From the IMG/VR virus record IMGVR_UViG_3300011112_000003, positions 8,079 through 72,078 of that record: DNA of 64,000 nucleotides, one strand, 5' to 3'. Below are positions 19,495-30,050 of this stretch, in pieces. The notes beneath the pieces were generated by a model. That model made no database searches and was not told where the DNA came from. It was given only the letters and a program-made list of their open reading frames with translations. This DNA comes from a virus. Made by a program: the position numbers and the translations under genes. Numbering within the stretch: position 1 is the first letter of the stretch; every line of letters begins with the position of its first letter.

Positions 19495-20479
19495 TGGGTA
19501 GGCACGTAGTGCTTGCCGCAGCCAACGCACTTGCCCTCGACAAACGCCATGGCGCGACACTGCGAGCACACCTTGGCTTGGTGTTCCTTTGGCCGCTGCC
19601 AGTAGTGATACACAGTGCCCGGGTAGGCAGCTGCCGACCCGCCCAGCATCCACCCGTCACCACCCGGAGGCACCGGGGCAAGATCAGCCACCTGCACGGT
19701 CGTCGCAAACTCCATCATCGCTCACCTATCAAATCTGCTGCCGAGCGCCGCCACTGCAGCATCGGCCGTGTGCGTCGCGTTGTCGTAGTTCAGGTCGCCC
19801 TCGTAGGCGGCCGCCATGATCCTCCCCCATAGCCGCTGCCTGTCGTTCTCAGGCGGATCGGGTATGGAGCGCACCGCGAGGTCGTGCGCAGCCGTGCGGA
19901 CGACGTCGGCCAGCGCCTGGCGGTCGATCGGCGCAGTGCTTTCCAAGAAATCGAGGATCTCTGCGAAGGTCTTCCTCTTCATTCTGGATTCTCCCGGACG
20001 TACTTATCCCGCCGCTCTTTGTGTACCGCCACCTTGAATGGACCAGACCACGACAGGGATCTCCGTAAGATGCTGAGCCGCTCACGCGCGATGCATCCGC
20101 TGCCCGGGCTAGCGCCACAGAACGGGCACTGCACGGACAGCTTCTGCGCGCGCGTGATGCGCCTAGTCGCGGTCATCCCCAGCCTATCCTGCATCACACT
20201 ACCGCCTCTTCTCTCGTCGCTACGAAGCCCTCGCCGTTCAGTAGCGCGAGTGCCAGTGTCTTCGGGGTGAGCCGCGCAGTGAGCGTCACCCGGTTGATCG
20301 GCAGAAGCTTTGCAACTGCGGCCACGCCGCCGGGGCGCCCCAAGTCCTTGAACAGTTCGCCCCTTCGCGACCGCGCGGCCGCCTTGCTCGCAAACCACTC
20401 GGTGGAGATACCGAGTACCTCCAACTCGTAGAGCACAGCGCCGTGTGCCGCGCAGCCACGGACGAATGACGCAGCGTTG

Positions 20480-20935
20480 CTAGGCACGGTCCCGGATCGC
20501 GGCTTCAACTGCCTGCGCAGCGGCCTCCCAACCCTTCCGCATGGGCGCGCTCACGCTATCCCAATCACTCGTGTAGTGGTCGTCCTCGAAGAGCAGGCAT
20601 GCGCGATCGAATGCGTCATGCGCGACCTGTGCTAGCGACGCCTCGGTCTGTTGGCCGATCAGCATGTACCCGCCCTCGAAGGTCGCGCGCGGGCTGAAAC
20701 TCTCGTATCCATCAGCATAGCGGACGTAGTAGCCGTGAATCTTCGGCTCGTGCTTTTCGATGTAGCCAACGCTGACTTCGACCTCCCCAGCAGTAGCTCC
20801 GATAAGGCGGTAGTACTCGCGGGGGTCCGCATAGCCGGGCTCGACTACGGTCATGCGCCTGATCTCACCGATCTTGAGCGCATGCACTTCCTTGTGGCTG
20901 CGATACGTCGGTAGCTTGCCTTCGTTTTCACTCAT
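20480..20935 (-). CDS. Phage protein of the 'YxxHKxVxA...GYYVxYxDGYxSxSP..FExGY' family (candidate sponge)
   Basis: Motif seen directly; paralog at 39440..39889; TATCAGCTA 10 nt upstream. Confidence 0.65.
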   Translation of the reverse strand: MSENEGKLPTYRSHKEVHALKIGEIRRMTVVEPGYADPREYYRLIGATAGEVEVSVGYIEKHEPKIHGYYVRYADGYESFSPRATFEGGYMLIGQQTEASLAQVAHDAFDRACLLFEDDHYTSDWDSVSAPMRKGWEAAAQAVEAAIRDRA

Positions 20936-21366
20936 GACTATCCTGTAGCTGATAAGTTCCTGCGGGGGCGGTTCCAGTACGGGCTCTTGCACCCATACGC
21001 GGGGCAGACCGTCGGGAGGGGGTTGCCCTCTTTGCGCGGGAGCCACTCGTTGCCACAGCGTTCGCAGCGGTACGCCGTCACCAGCTTCTTGAAGATCATG
21101 AACTGCGCCTCGGTCGCTGCGTGGGGTCCCACGCCTCCTGCACGGGCGCATGCACCCCGCAGACGCCTGGCGCCGCCCCCTGGCCCGCAGGGGTCGCACA
21201 GCGCGGGCACAGGAGCTTCCCACACACCTCGCCGTGCAGGTTGCCTCTGAGCTTGTAGTCGCATTGCTTCACCGCGCGGTTGCCGCACCCACAGTACTCG
21301 ACGCCAGCATTGAAGCCCCTGCGGCAAACGAAGATATCTACCTGATTTGCCACAGGAGCTTCCCCC

Positions 21367-21666
21367 TCACTCCTTACGGAGCTTCTTCCCTTTCAGTAGC
21401 TCACGCGCACTCGACTCGATATGCGCGCCGACGATACCTGTGAAGCTGGCGATGGCCAGATCAGCCGTGAGACAGCGACGTACGGAAACCTGCGCGAGCG
21501 CGTTGATGACCACCTGATCAGGCTGATCTACGCACAGCTCTTCAATAAGTGCGGTGAGAGATTCGATCTTCCGACCGACATGCTGCATCTGCCGCTGCGC
21601 AGCGGTCTTCTTCGGGGACTTGGGCTTAGCCGCCTTCTTCTTTTGAGCTTTCTTTTTCGCTGCCAT
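21367..21666 (-). CDS. Hypothetical protein with Lys-rich, histone-like N-terminus
   Basis: MAAKKKAQKKKAAKPKSPKK; AAAGGA RBS. Confidence 0.6.
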   Translation of the reverse strand: MAAKKKAQKKKAAKPKSPKKTAAQRQMQHVGRKIESLTALIEELCVDQPDQVVINALAQVSVRRCLTADLAIASFTGIVGAHIESSARELLKGKKLRKE

Positions 21667-21849
21667 GGCTATCCTTTCATTGCGGTCGGTCGCGACCGTG
21701 AATCTTCGCTGTCTTCGCCCAGCGCAGCGGCATACTCGGCCTCGATCTGCTCAAGCGTAACGCGCCGCGTGCGGTCTTCGATGGTCGCCTTCTTCTCCGC
21801 CTTGCGCTTCGTCTTCTGCTTTTGCTTGTGGCGCTTTTGCCTATTCATA

Positions 21850-22449
21850 TCAGCCCCTGTTCTTGTGCGCCTGCGTGCGCTGCCTTCGGATAAGCTCGCC
21901 GTAGGTCATGATCCCAATGTAGCGACGCATCGCCCACAGCAGCTCGCCCGTTGCCGTGGCGTCCGCGAGCGCATCATGCGCATCTGTCAGCTCCACACCC
22001 CATCGCGCGCAAGCCTCGCCCAGCTTGTTGCCCTTGACGCCCTGCTTCTTCGCGAAGTACCGGACCATCACCAGCGGGTCTATCCACGGCCCGTAGTCTG
22101 GTACCAGGTCGAGCGCAAACCGCTCCGCGATGCCGCGGTCGAACTCTTCGTTGTAGGCGCAGAACACCGCACCCGCACAGACCCGGTACATATCCTTGGA
22201 AGCCAATGCGTCCTCTGCGCTCGGCGCGCCCCTCACGTCCGCGTCCCGGATGCCGTGGACCTTCGTCGCGTGGAAAGGGATCGGGATGCCGGGGTCCACG
22301 AGGGTCTTGTGGCTGTCGGTCACGCGCCCCTTCTCGAAGCGCACGGCCGCGACCTGGACCACCCCACACGCTTTCTTGTTGACCCCCGTGGTCTCGAAGT
22401 CGATGACGGTGATAGGTATGTCGTACCAGATCGCGAAGTGGTCGATCAC
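21850..22449 (-). CDS. DEDDh 3'-5' exonuclease (DnaQ/epsilon-like)
   Basis: 'VIDFETTG', 'VHGI', 'AYNEEFD', 'WIDPL', 'AHDALADA'. Confidence 0.9.
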   Translation of the reverse strand: MIDHFAIWYDIPITVIDFETTGVNKKACGVVQVAAVRFEKGRVTDSHKTLVDPGIPIPFHATKVHGIRDADVRGAPSAEDALASKDMYRVCAGAVFCAYNEEFDRGIAERFALDLVPDYGPWIDPLVMVRYFAKKQGVKGNKLGEACARWGVELTDAHDALADATATGELLWAMRRYIGIMTYGELIRRQRTQAHKNRG

Positions 22450-22865
22450 GCCTGGCCCTGCGACTGCGCTAACGCTAGTAGCCCCCGCATGTTCTCAGCT
22501 ACGGCTGAGTTATCCTTCGCCCGCAGGATGTGCCTACCGCAAGCCTCCCCCCACCCAGCACTCCCTGCACGCTGATCCGCGCGCACACTCTGCAGGATAT
22601 AGCCCTCGGGGTAGAACGCCGCGTAGCCCGCGAGGCGCCCCGCAATCGCATCGTCCGCCAGATCCCGGAAGCCCCAGATCTCACTACTGCAGTAGTGCTC
22701 CGCGAGTAGCACCCCGCACTCGGACAGCGCGACACACATCCCATCCCCACCCGAAGAATCTAGGCTGAACATGTAGATGGTTCCCGCCTGCTTTCGGATC
22801 GGGGACTCACCGCGACGCGACCGCATGTGCTCTGCGAAGCCTAGATTATCCAGCTTGCCGGTCAT
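22446..22865 (-). CDS. Leader-family protein (dispersed member)
   Basis: Starts MTGKLDNLGFAEHMRSRRGESP. Confidence 0.7.
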   Translation of the reverse strand: MTGKLDNLGFAEHMRSRRGESPIRKQAGTIYMFSLDSSGGDGMCVALSECGVLLAEHYCSSEIWGFRDLADDAIAGRLAGYAAFYPEGYILQSVRADQRAGSAGWGEACGRHILRAKDNSAVAENMRGLLALAQSQGQA

Positions 22866-23157
22866 TCGGGTAGCGTATCCTCAACCGAGCGAGGGGGCGT
22901 GCGCGCCGTCACGAGTAGCTTGGGGTCCTGGCCGCGCCGCGCGCGTATCGAGTACAGCCTTGATGCTGTCAGTGCGCAGTGGTCCGCGCCCACACCCGTC
23001 GCCGTCATGTGGTTGACGCTGATAGCCATGCACGACGCAGCCATCTCTTCCTGCGTTATGCCTCGCGAGCGACCGAGCGCAATGACCGCATCCGCGAACG
23101 TCTCCATGCGCTTCTCGTCGAAGTCCGCAGGATCGATAAGCCCAATCTTCGTCACCA

Positions 23158-23517
23158 TCATTCGCCTCCCGGCAGCGTATCCTCAAGGCAGTCGTGTTGC
23201 TCGCCCACAGTCTGTACGTGATAATCGATCTGGCTGTGGGCGCAAGCCAGCCGCAAGCCCAGGTTGCCGCCTCGCCCCATTTGGTTGCCGAACCATCCCA
23301 CACAGAACTCCTCTGCCCCGGGCTCCGACTCGTGGCACGCCATCATGCGCAGGGTGCCGTCGCGCGTGGCGAATGAGCCCGGCTCCGCGATGGTACTCTC
23401 CAGCGCCGCGTGCTTGCCCTCACAGTAGCCGTTCGGGATATCGTACGGGTCGGTGGAGGTCTTCCATGGGCACTTGGCGCACTGCAGGCGGACAGGCCGC
23501 CGCCCCTTCTTAGCCAC
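23158..23517 (-). CDS. DUF6283-like Cys/His protein
   Basis: 'QCAKCPW...MACHES...CVGW'; GTG start inferred. Confidence 0.65.
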   Translation of the reverse strand: MAKKGRRPVRLQCAKCPWKTSTDPYDIPNGYCEGKHAALESTIAEPGSFATRDGTLRMMACHESEPGAEEFCVGWFGNQMGRGGNLGLRLACAHSQIDYHVQTVGEQHDCLEDTLPGGE

Positions 23518-24700
23518 GGTACTGACTCCTCGTGCGTGACGTCTCGACTGTGTGCTGCCACTGCGGGTCGCTGTTATCGTCGTAGCTCCCGCGGAACAAC
23601 TCGATCTTGAACGACGCGGCCTCGCCCATGTCGCCGTCGGGCACGTCGCCCGTGGTCGCCTTGGTGAACCAATCGTCAAAGGCTGCGCGTATCTGATCGC
23701 GCAACTCGCGGGTGGCCTTGGGCATCGGGGTAATGTCGGGTGGACTCATGTCTACCGCTTTATCGGATACGGGTGGGTCGTCGCCGTCGTTGTGCCAAGG
23801 CGTGTTGTGCTGCGGGCAGGCTAGGCTATCGCCGTTCTGATCGACCCCTGCGAACCCTGCGTGCTCGCCCTTATCTCGCAGGGGCGTACACCGGCAACCC
23901 TCCCGCTGCAACTTAGGCGATAACCACGTCAGGCCCCCCGCGCTGTGGTGTCTCCCGTCATGGGCCGCGGGCAGCACACACGCCGCGTTCACGTGCTCGG
24001 GGTGGCGATGCACGCAGGCGGCGCGCCAGAACCCAGACCCGGTGCGATGGGCCCCCTCGTGGCCTTGGGCCCGGTCACAATAATCCCAGGCTATGCCCGG
24101 GCGCGGGACACTACACAGCGCGGCAGACGCAGACCACTGCAGACCTCCCGCCGTCTTGTGCTCCATCTTGTGGCCCTCGGTCAGCGAGCACACCTTATCC
24201 ACAGCAGTGGGATGGCGCTTCGTACAAGGCGCGGTGACAGCCCCGCAGTTCTCCCAATGGGCAGTGCCACCTTCATCTTTAAATCCCACGTGCTGCCCCT
24301 CGTGGTCCGCGGCCAGGCTACAGCCGATCTTCGGATATAAGCGCGCCTTGGAATCACATCTCGGATCTGCGAAGCGCAGCAGCATGGCCACGTGAACTAT
24401 CTCGCCCGTCGCCAGTCGATTCGGGTGATTCCTAGGAAGGGTGGATATCACGTCGTGCAGCCACGCCAACTCATGCGGTCGAAACACCAGCACTAACCCC
24501 TCGGGGCCGCTCCTCAGCGCGGGAAAGCCGTGCCTCGCGCGCTCCCTGTTGACCCATTCAGGGTCCTCAGGTTTACGGCCGGCGAGGCTCTTCGCGATAT
24601 CAGCCTCACACCGTAAGCAGAAGAGCGCTTCCCGTCGGTATGCGCATTGGTTCGTGCAATCTCGGAAGTTGCAGCGTCCTGGAAGATCTCCGTCAGTCAT
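23510..24700 (-). CDS. Protein with four tandem C-x5-H-x3-H (mostly HxGxH) metal-binding modules
   Basis: CSLAADHEGQH, CSLTEGHKMEH, CDRAQGHEGAH, CVLPAAHDGRH; TATCCGATA 10 nt upstream of ATG 24700. Confidence 0.7.
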   Translation of the reverse strand: MTDGDLPGRCNFRDCTNQCAYRREALFCLRCEADIAKSLAGRKPEDPEWVNRERARHGFPALRSGPEGLVLVFRPHELAWLHDVISTLPRNHPNRLATGEIVHVAMLLRFADPRCDSKARLYPKIGCSLAADHEGQHVGFKDEGGTAHWENCGAVTAPCTKRHPTAVDKVCSLTEGHKMEHKTAGGLQWSASAALCSVPRPGIAWDYCDRAQGHEGAHRTGSGFWRAACVHRHPEHVNAACVLPAAHDGRHHSAGGLTWLSPKLQREGCRCTPLRDKGEHAGFAGVDQNGDSLACPQHNTPWHNDGDDPPVSDKAVDMSPPDITPMPKATRELRDQIRAAFDDWFTKATTGDVPDGDMGEAASFKIELFRGSYDDNSDPQWQHTVETSRTRSQYRG

Positions 24701-25411
24701 ACCCACCCCGTATCGGATACTCAGCTCGCGGGCGGCTCGAAGGGCGGCGCAGTCGCGAGCTGGATAGCCGTCGCGATGGCGTTGGTCACCGCATGCCGGT
24801 TGCTCCAGTCGATCTTGTCGCGATCAATCACAATCTTGGCGTGGTCGTAGGCCGCTCGCGCGATGACTTGCGCATCGTCGTTCAGGTCGAGCGGCTTGTA
24901 CCCCGGGGCGAAGCCGAGGAACGCCGCGCTCACCGCCATCTTGAAGCAGCCGTACCTGACCTGCGCGGGGATGTCTGGGCCTTGCGAATCGATATAGTTC
25001 TGGAGCATTTCAATGTAGCTGCGCACCGCCTGATCCATCACGCCGTCCCACGTGCGTCCCATCGAAGGCTGCGGGGCGCCTGCCCCCTGGTAGATCTGCC
25101 GCATACCGTCGGGGAGCTGCGAAGCTGTCGAGGGCGGGGTAGGATACTTGTGGGGGAACTTGGCTGGGGGGAAGCGCCCTCGAACCACGTTATCCTTCTT
25201 TGGGGTTTCGTCGTCGCTCACGGGTCTATCAATCCATCGAGATCCACCATGCCCCCGGCAGCATCCAGCACAGCCTTCGCGCACGCCTCCCACGCGGCCT
25301 TCTGCCGGTCGTTGATGCCCACCGCCCAGTTGCCCGAGTTGCTCCAGTGCTGCTGCATGAACGCCTCGTAGGCAATCTGGCCGGGTGTGTGCGCGACTTC
25401 CTCGGGCTTGC

Positions 25412-26044
25412 TCATCCCGGCTCGGCGGCAACACCGTCGCTGCTGTCCTTGGTGGGTGCCATCACCGCCGAACGAATCGATTCGAGCGCCGCGCAGTCGT
25501 CCGGACCGTAGCCGCGGATGATCGCGGAGCCCTTCACGAGTATCCAGGTCGTGCGCAACTTCCCTTCGTGCATGGAGTCGTGATGCGCCTCGACCAACCA
25601 GCCCGCGCTTCGGAAGATGCCGATCGTCACCTGAAGCGGCGCCACCTTCGTAGCTGCTTCGGCTTTTAGCCGGGCATCAAGCTGACGAGCCTCCGCCCCC
25701 ATCAGCTCTTTGACCAAGGTCTCGATCTCCGCGCCCTTGGTCGCCGACTTCTTCGCGGCCTCGCTCAGCTCCTCTCGCGTCCTTTCCTCCTCTGCTACCG
25801 CAGACTTTATCGCTTGCGGGACTACGACCCTCATGGCGGTGTCGAGACGCTCTGCCGCCTCCACTTCGCTTACTCCCGAGGCAACTGCGGTTGCTATCAC
25901 CGCGGCAACCGTTTCTTCGGCCGTCGCAGTTGCCTTGGATACGCCCTCTAGTGCAGCCACATGCGCCGCGTTTGCCGAAAGCTCCAGAGCTACGTAGCGC
26001 TCCAGATCCTCCCTCAGCGTCGTCTCTTCTCTATCTCTTGACAT
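25412..26044 (-). CDS. Coiled-coil protein with conserved C-terminal domain
   Basis: C-terminus 'FRSAGWLVEAHHDSMHEGKLRTTWILVKG..IRGYGPDD..ALE.IR' is paralogous to the next gene; AGGAGG RBS. Confidence 0.65.
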   Translation of the reverse strand: MSRDREETTLREDLERYVALELSANAAHVAALEGVSKATATAEETVAAVIATAVASGVSEVEAAERLDTAMRVVVPQAIKSAVAEEERTREELSEAAKKSATKGAEIETLVKELMGAEARQLDARLKAEAATKVAPLQVTIGIFRSAGWLVEAHHDSMHEGKLRTTWILVKGSAIIRGYGPDDCAALESIRSAVMAPTKDSSDGVAAEPG

Positions 26045-26063
26045 GATATCCTCCTAGGGCGGC

Positions 26064-26513
26064 TCATGATGTTGTCCTCATCTGCCGCATGAACTCTTGC
26101 GCGGCTTGCTCCGCAACCGCCTCCCGTTGTAGCAGCTCCAGGCGGATGCATTCGAGCGCCTCGCCGTCGGTGCGGCCGCGCCCCTGCACGAACGTGGTGC
26201 CCTTCGTGAACATCCAGAACGTGTGCAGCTCCCCCGCGTGGCGGAAGTCGTTGTGCGCCGCGACCGTCCAGCCTATTCCGCGCAGCGCGTTGAGCGTGAC
26301 GTAGAACGGGGGCCGCGCCGCTTCCGCAGCTGCCTCCGCCTCTGCTGTCTTGCGACGCACCTGCGCCACCGCATCCACGTAATCCCCGTAGTCCTCCGCG
26401 GGGTGATCGTCGCAGGGCAGCTTCGCACCGCACTCGACACAGTGCGTACCACAGTACTCGCACGTGTTATCGCCCGCGCAGGTGCAGCCCTTATCTGAAA
26501 GTAGGTCAACCAT
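26064..26513 (-). CDS. Cys-rich protein, paralog of the 25412..26044 C-terminal domain
   Basis: 'LRGIGWTVAAHNDFRHAGELHTFWMFTKG..VQGRGRTD..ALE.IR'. Confidence 0.65.
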   Translation of the reverse strand: MVDLLSDKGCTCAGDNTCEYCGTHCVECGAKLPCDDHPAEDYGDYVDAVAQVRRKTAEAEAAAEAARPPFYVTLNALRGIGWTVAAHNDFRHAGELHTFWMFTKGTTFVQGRGRTDGEALECIRLELLQREAVAEQAAQEFMRQMRTTS

Positions 26514-26685
26514 ACCTATCCTTACTCGACGGCGACAGCTCGAAGTTGCTGCATTGGTGCAGCACCGACTTGCTGCGCCGTGCGCACTCCTCACACCGCA
26601 CCACACCCTTGCCCTGATGGACGTGCGCGTTGCGCGGATGGCCGCATACGCAGGTGTTCCCGCGGTTTGGTTTCTTGGGCGCCAT
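26506..26685 (-). CDS. Small Cys/His protein not in the ORF track (59 aa)
   Basis: MAPKKPNRGNTCVCGHPRNAH...CEEC...HQC; TATCAGATA exactly 10 nt upstream. Confidence 0.6.
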   Translation of the reverse strand: MAPKKPNRGNTCVCGHPRNAHVHQGKGVVRCEECARRSKSVLHQCSNFELSPSSKDRYG

Positions 26686-27515
26686 GCTCTACCTCTATCT
26701 GATAAGCCTGGCACCTCGGCTCATGGCGTCCACATTCGGGACCATGCGTATAGCCCCGCCATTATGATTGCCAGCATCAGCAGTGCCCCTACCGCTACTT
26801 CTCCGCTATCCATTACGTACCCCCATCGTCGGTGCCATTCCGCTCTTTCTCGATGTCTAGTACCCCAGCGGCCGTCACTGCAAGTATGGCGAGTACGGCG
26901 TCGAGCGCATGCCGGTAGGCGACCCAATATATCTTGGGCGCCGTGTTGTTCCTCTTGGGTGCGTCGCGCTTCTCATCGACAACCAACTTCCGCACCTTCC
27001 CCATCGCTTCAGACAGTTCGGCGCGGGCTGCGTCGCGCTCGCGGACCGCGATCGTGTAGCCGTAGTTCGCCAGCGCCCTCCCGATACCGCCCCTGCTGCG
27101 CTTGCACCGCTCAACCGTCCAGTTCGCTACGGATTCTGCGTGCTGGCATCGCCGGTTGAGGCGCCCGTTCGTCTCCCGGGCCACGACCAGTTCCTCAGCA
27201 CTTTCAGCACGCCCGGCTGCGTGGGCTTTGGCTAGGGCTTTCTCGACGACGGACCACCCCATGGCCTCCGTACTGGCACGGGCGCCGGTAAGCACGCGCT
27301 TGGTTTCCTTGTCTCGGGCCACGCCTGCGGCACGGTCGAACGGTGGCCCCACCTCCCCCACCGGCTCGACGTCCAGTGCGATACGGAGTTCCTCTGCGCA
27401 TGACAGCATGGCGTCGCGCCGCACCATCTGGTAGCCCGCAGCCTCGCCCGCCCATCGATGGTGTAGTGCCTCCAGAATCTGCCGCAGACTCGCCGCCGTC
27501 TCGATTGCGCTGGGG

Positions 27516-28007
27516 TCAGGCATTGGGGGCTCCGAACAGAGCGGCGCGGACCTCGCGGGCGACAGCAATCATCAGCGTCCGGTTGTTCTCCGGCACATCC
27601 ATCCACGGGACCGCGCTGGCCTCGCGAGTCTTGTAGCCATGGGCAGGGGCCAGTCGCTCGTAGGTGGTGTGGAACAGTTCGGCGATGTCCTCGTCTGTTG
27701 CGGGCTCGGTGGGTGGAACGACGCCGAACACCGCATCGCTCGGTAGTCTGTAGAGCAGCTCCGCCGCGTTCTTCATCGCCACCAGCTGCGGGTCATCCGG
27801 GTCCGACGGGTCTGTGTCGCCGAACAGCGCGTCACAGGTGGAGTGCAACGCATCGAGGACGGGCCGGACCTCGGCGGCCATCTCAACGCGGCCCTCGCTG
27901 ACCCCGTTTTGGTGCGCCATCCTCAGGGCGGCGGCTGGGTAGGTGTTCGTATTTTCAGACATCATCTCTCTCCGGGTCGAGGGGTGAAGCGGGGCGGCCC
28001 CTCCCAA
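27516..28007 (-). CDS. Hypothetical phage protein
   Basis: C-terminal 'AELFHTTYERLAPAHGYKTREASAVPWMDVPENNRTLMIAVA' is a recurring phage motif. Confidence 0.6.
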   Translation of the reverse strand: MGGAAPLHPSTRREMMSENTNTYPAAALRMAHQNGVSEGRVEMAAEVRPVLDALHSTCDALFGDTDPSDPDDPQLVAMKNAAELLYRLPSDAVFGVVPPTEPATDEDIAELFHTTYERLAPAHGYKTREASAVPWMDVPENNRTLMIAVAREVRAALFGAPNA

Positions 28008-28022
28008 TGGAAAAGCCGCCCC
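27991..28022 (-). terminator. GC hairpin downstream of the secreted-protein gene
   Basis: GGGCGGC...GCCGCCC inverted repeat; weak U-tract. Confidence 0.4.
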
Positions 28023-28044
28023 TACGTCATGCTACTGCGACCAG

Positions 28045-28527
28045 CTAAGACTCCGGCTCGCACTCAGGGTCGACGAAGCATCTCGCAACCCCCACGGTCC
28101 CGATTTGCGCTCCCGTGATGCCTGCGGTGTCCAGCACCAGGTCGGGTTCACCCTCCCCCGCGTTCCTCTTCAGGGCGCCGGAACCTTGTCCTGTGAAGGT
28201 GTAGCCATCCATGCCGTAGCCGTAGCACTGCACGCGTTCCTCCGGGTCCGAGGCGGCATCGCTACATTTCCATCTGGAGCTGAAGGTCCCCGCGGGAACG
28301 ACGATTTCCAGTACACCAATGGCGCGGCCGTAGGCGTCCTTGGAATCCTCGAAAACGAAGCACCCCGACCCGAGATCAACCGTGTCCTCTGCGCCGGTCA
28401 GGTGGCAGAGGTAGGCTCCGTCCTCGATGAGCACCGTGGTGACGGACTCGTCCTCCCCCTCCTCGGCCAAAGCCGTGTAAGAGAACAGGGCGAACAGCGT
28501 TAGTAGTAGTGGTAGTAAGTATCGCAT
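28045..28527 (-). CDS. Secreted Cys-containing protein
   Basis: Sec signal MRYLLPLLLTLFALFSYTALA; 6 Cys. Confidence 0.7.
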   Translation of the reverse strand: MRYLLPLLLTLFALFSYTALAEEGEDESVTTVLIEDGAYLCHLTGAEDTVDLGSGCFVFEDSKDAYGRAIGVLEIVVPAGTFSSRWKCSDAASDPEERVQCYGYGMDGYTFTGQGSGALKRNAGEGEPDLVLDTAGITGAQIGTVGVARCFVDPECEPES

Positions 28528-28807
28528 TTGAGAGTTTTTCTTTCCTTGTTGGTCGGCAGTGCGAGAGACATGGTCGTCCCTTTACGCTGTCACAGTCGTG
28601 TATGGGATATCGTTCAGCACGAACTTGGCAATCGCGCGCAGTAGAGCCGCACGCACACTCTCGCCGGGCGGCTCCAGCTTCAGGGCGCGCACGCCAATAT
28701 CTATCAGCTCGCCGAACGGTATGCGCTCGGCCTCGGGCTGCTCGGTCGCCCAGTGCATGAACTGCAGAAGGCGCGAGTACTTGTGCGCGATCGCGTCGTC
28801 TTCGGCG

Positions 28808-29281
28808 TCAGTCTTCGCCGACACTGGCCTGCGCCCTCGCACTCTCCGTCGCCCGCGCGAGGATCCCCTCGATGTCCGGCTTGGTCCAGTTCTTAGGCTT
28901 TAGAACCTTGCCGTCGCTCGGTCGCCGCGTCACTACGCCGCCCGGGAACTTTGCCATGTTGGTGCGCTGGATCTCGCCGAACACCTCGCGCATGGGGAAA
29001 CCGCACGCGACGCCCATACCAATCGCCACGTAGATGATATCGCCGAGTGCGTCGGCCATCTCTGGCAGGTCGTTCGCATCCACCGCGCGGTGCAGTTCTT
29101 GTCGTTCCTCACGGATGAGCCGTAAGCACAGCTGCAGCGTTTCCTCGGGAGGCATGCGCGGCTCGGCGCCTACCTTGTCTGGATGGCCGATCCGCCAGAA
29201 CTTCTCCACCTGCGCGAATACGTCGCGTGCCTCTTCCTCCCACAGCGCCCGAAAGGCATTCGACATCGTTCCCTCACTCAT
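28808..29281 (-). CDS. MazG-like / PRA-PH family NTP pyrophosphohydrolase (dUTPase-type)
   Basis: 'LIREERQEL...EMADALGDIIYV..G...EIQRTNMAK...DGKVLKPKNW.KPDI'. Confidence 0.88.
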   Translation of the reverse strand: MSEGTMSNAFRALWEEEARDVFAQVEKFWRIGHPDKVGAEPRMPPEETLQLCLRLIREERQELHRAVDANDLPEMADALGDIIYVAIGMGVACGFPMREVFGEIQRTNMAKFPGGVVTRRPSDGKVLKPKNWTKPDIEGILARATESARAQASVGED

Positions 29282-29525
29282 CGGCTTTCTCCCGCGTCTT
29301 GATCTCGCGCTGCAGGTACCACAGCGCCTTCTTCAAATCCTGAGTGGTTGCGCCCTTGTGCTCGGCACGTGCGATGTACTTCACGGTGTTGCCCAGGCAA
29401 AAGCCCAGGCCCCACGCCTCGATGACCTTGATCGCTTCGTAGGTGTTATCTTCACCCCCGTAGTGCGCAGGATGGTCGACCTGTTCGGCCTCGGGTTTCG
29501 ACGGCGGGCCCATGGGATCCTGCAT
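29274..29525 (-). CDS. DUF3310 protein
   Basis: 'VDHPAHY...EAIKVIE...GFCLGNTVKYIARA.HKG...DLKKALWYL'. Confidence 0.85.
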   Translation of the reverse strand: MQDPMGPPSKPEAEQVDHPAHYGGEDNTYEAIKVIEAWGLGFCLGNTVKYIARAEHKGATTQDLKKALWYLQREIKTREKADE

Positions 29526-30050
29526 CACGGGTACACCGCGAAGTACGCCCGCTTGCGAATGAAGTCCCAACGCAGGTACGGCGCTTCCGTCCCGCACTGC
29601 ATGGCCTTGATGACGCCGCTGATATCTACCAGGCCATGGACAAGGATATGTGTCAGCTCCGCACGCTCGTCGTCCAAGTCGGTGACCAGCACCGTGTGGC
29701 GCGTGCGGCTGGGCTTCCCGAACTCGCCTGCTGTCGGGTCCCACCCATCCACGTCGTACTCCCACACGGTTGTGTTGTAGATGTGGATCCTCAGGTCGCC
29801 GCAAGCATGCTCGGTGCGCTGCGGTGGCCCCTGGCCGACGTCGTTACTCATGCCCTGCGCTCCCACGGTAGTGTTGTGATCCGCGCCTCCGCCTCACCCA
29901 ACTTGCGGCGCCTGATGTCGATCGCTTCCTGCAGACCGCGTGCGTACTCGACGCGCCCGCCCAGGTGGTCCAGACGGTACGTGAACCCATCGGCGACCGC
30001 CTGCCTGTCCTCAGGGGTCACCGCATCCAGCGCTTTCCTGAACGCGAGGC

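Noticed and set aside
21421-22575. 384-aa plus-strand ORF
   Set aside because: Antisense to the DnaQ-like exonuclease and its neighbours.
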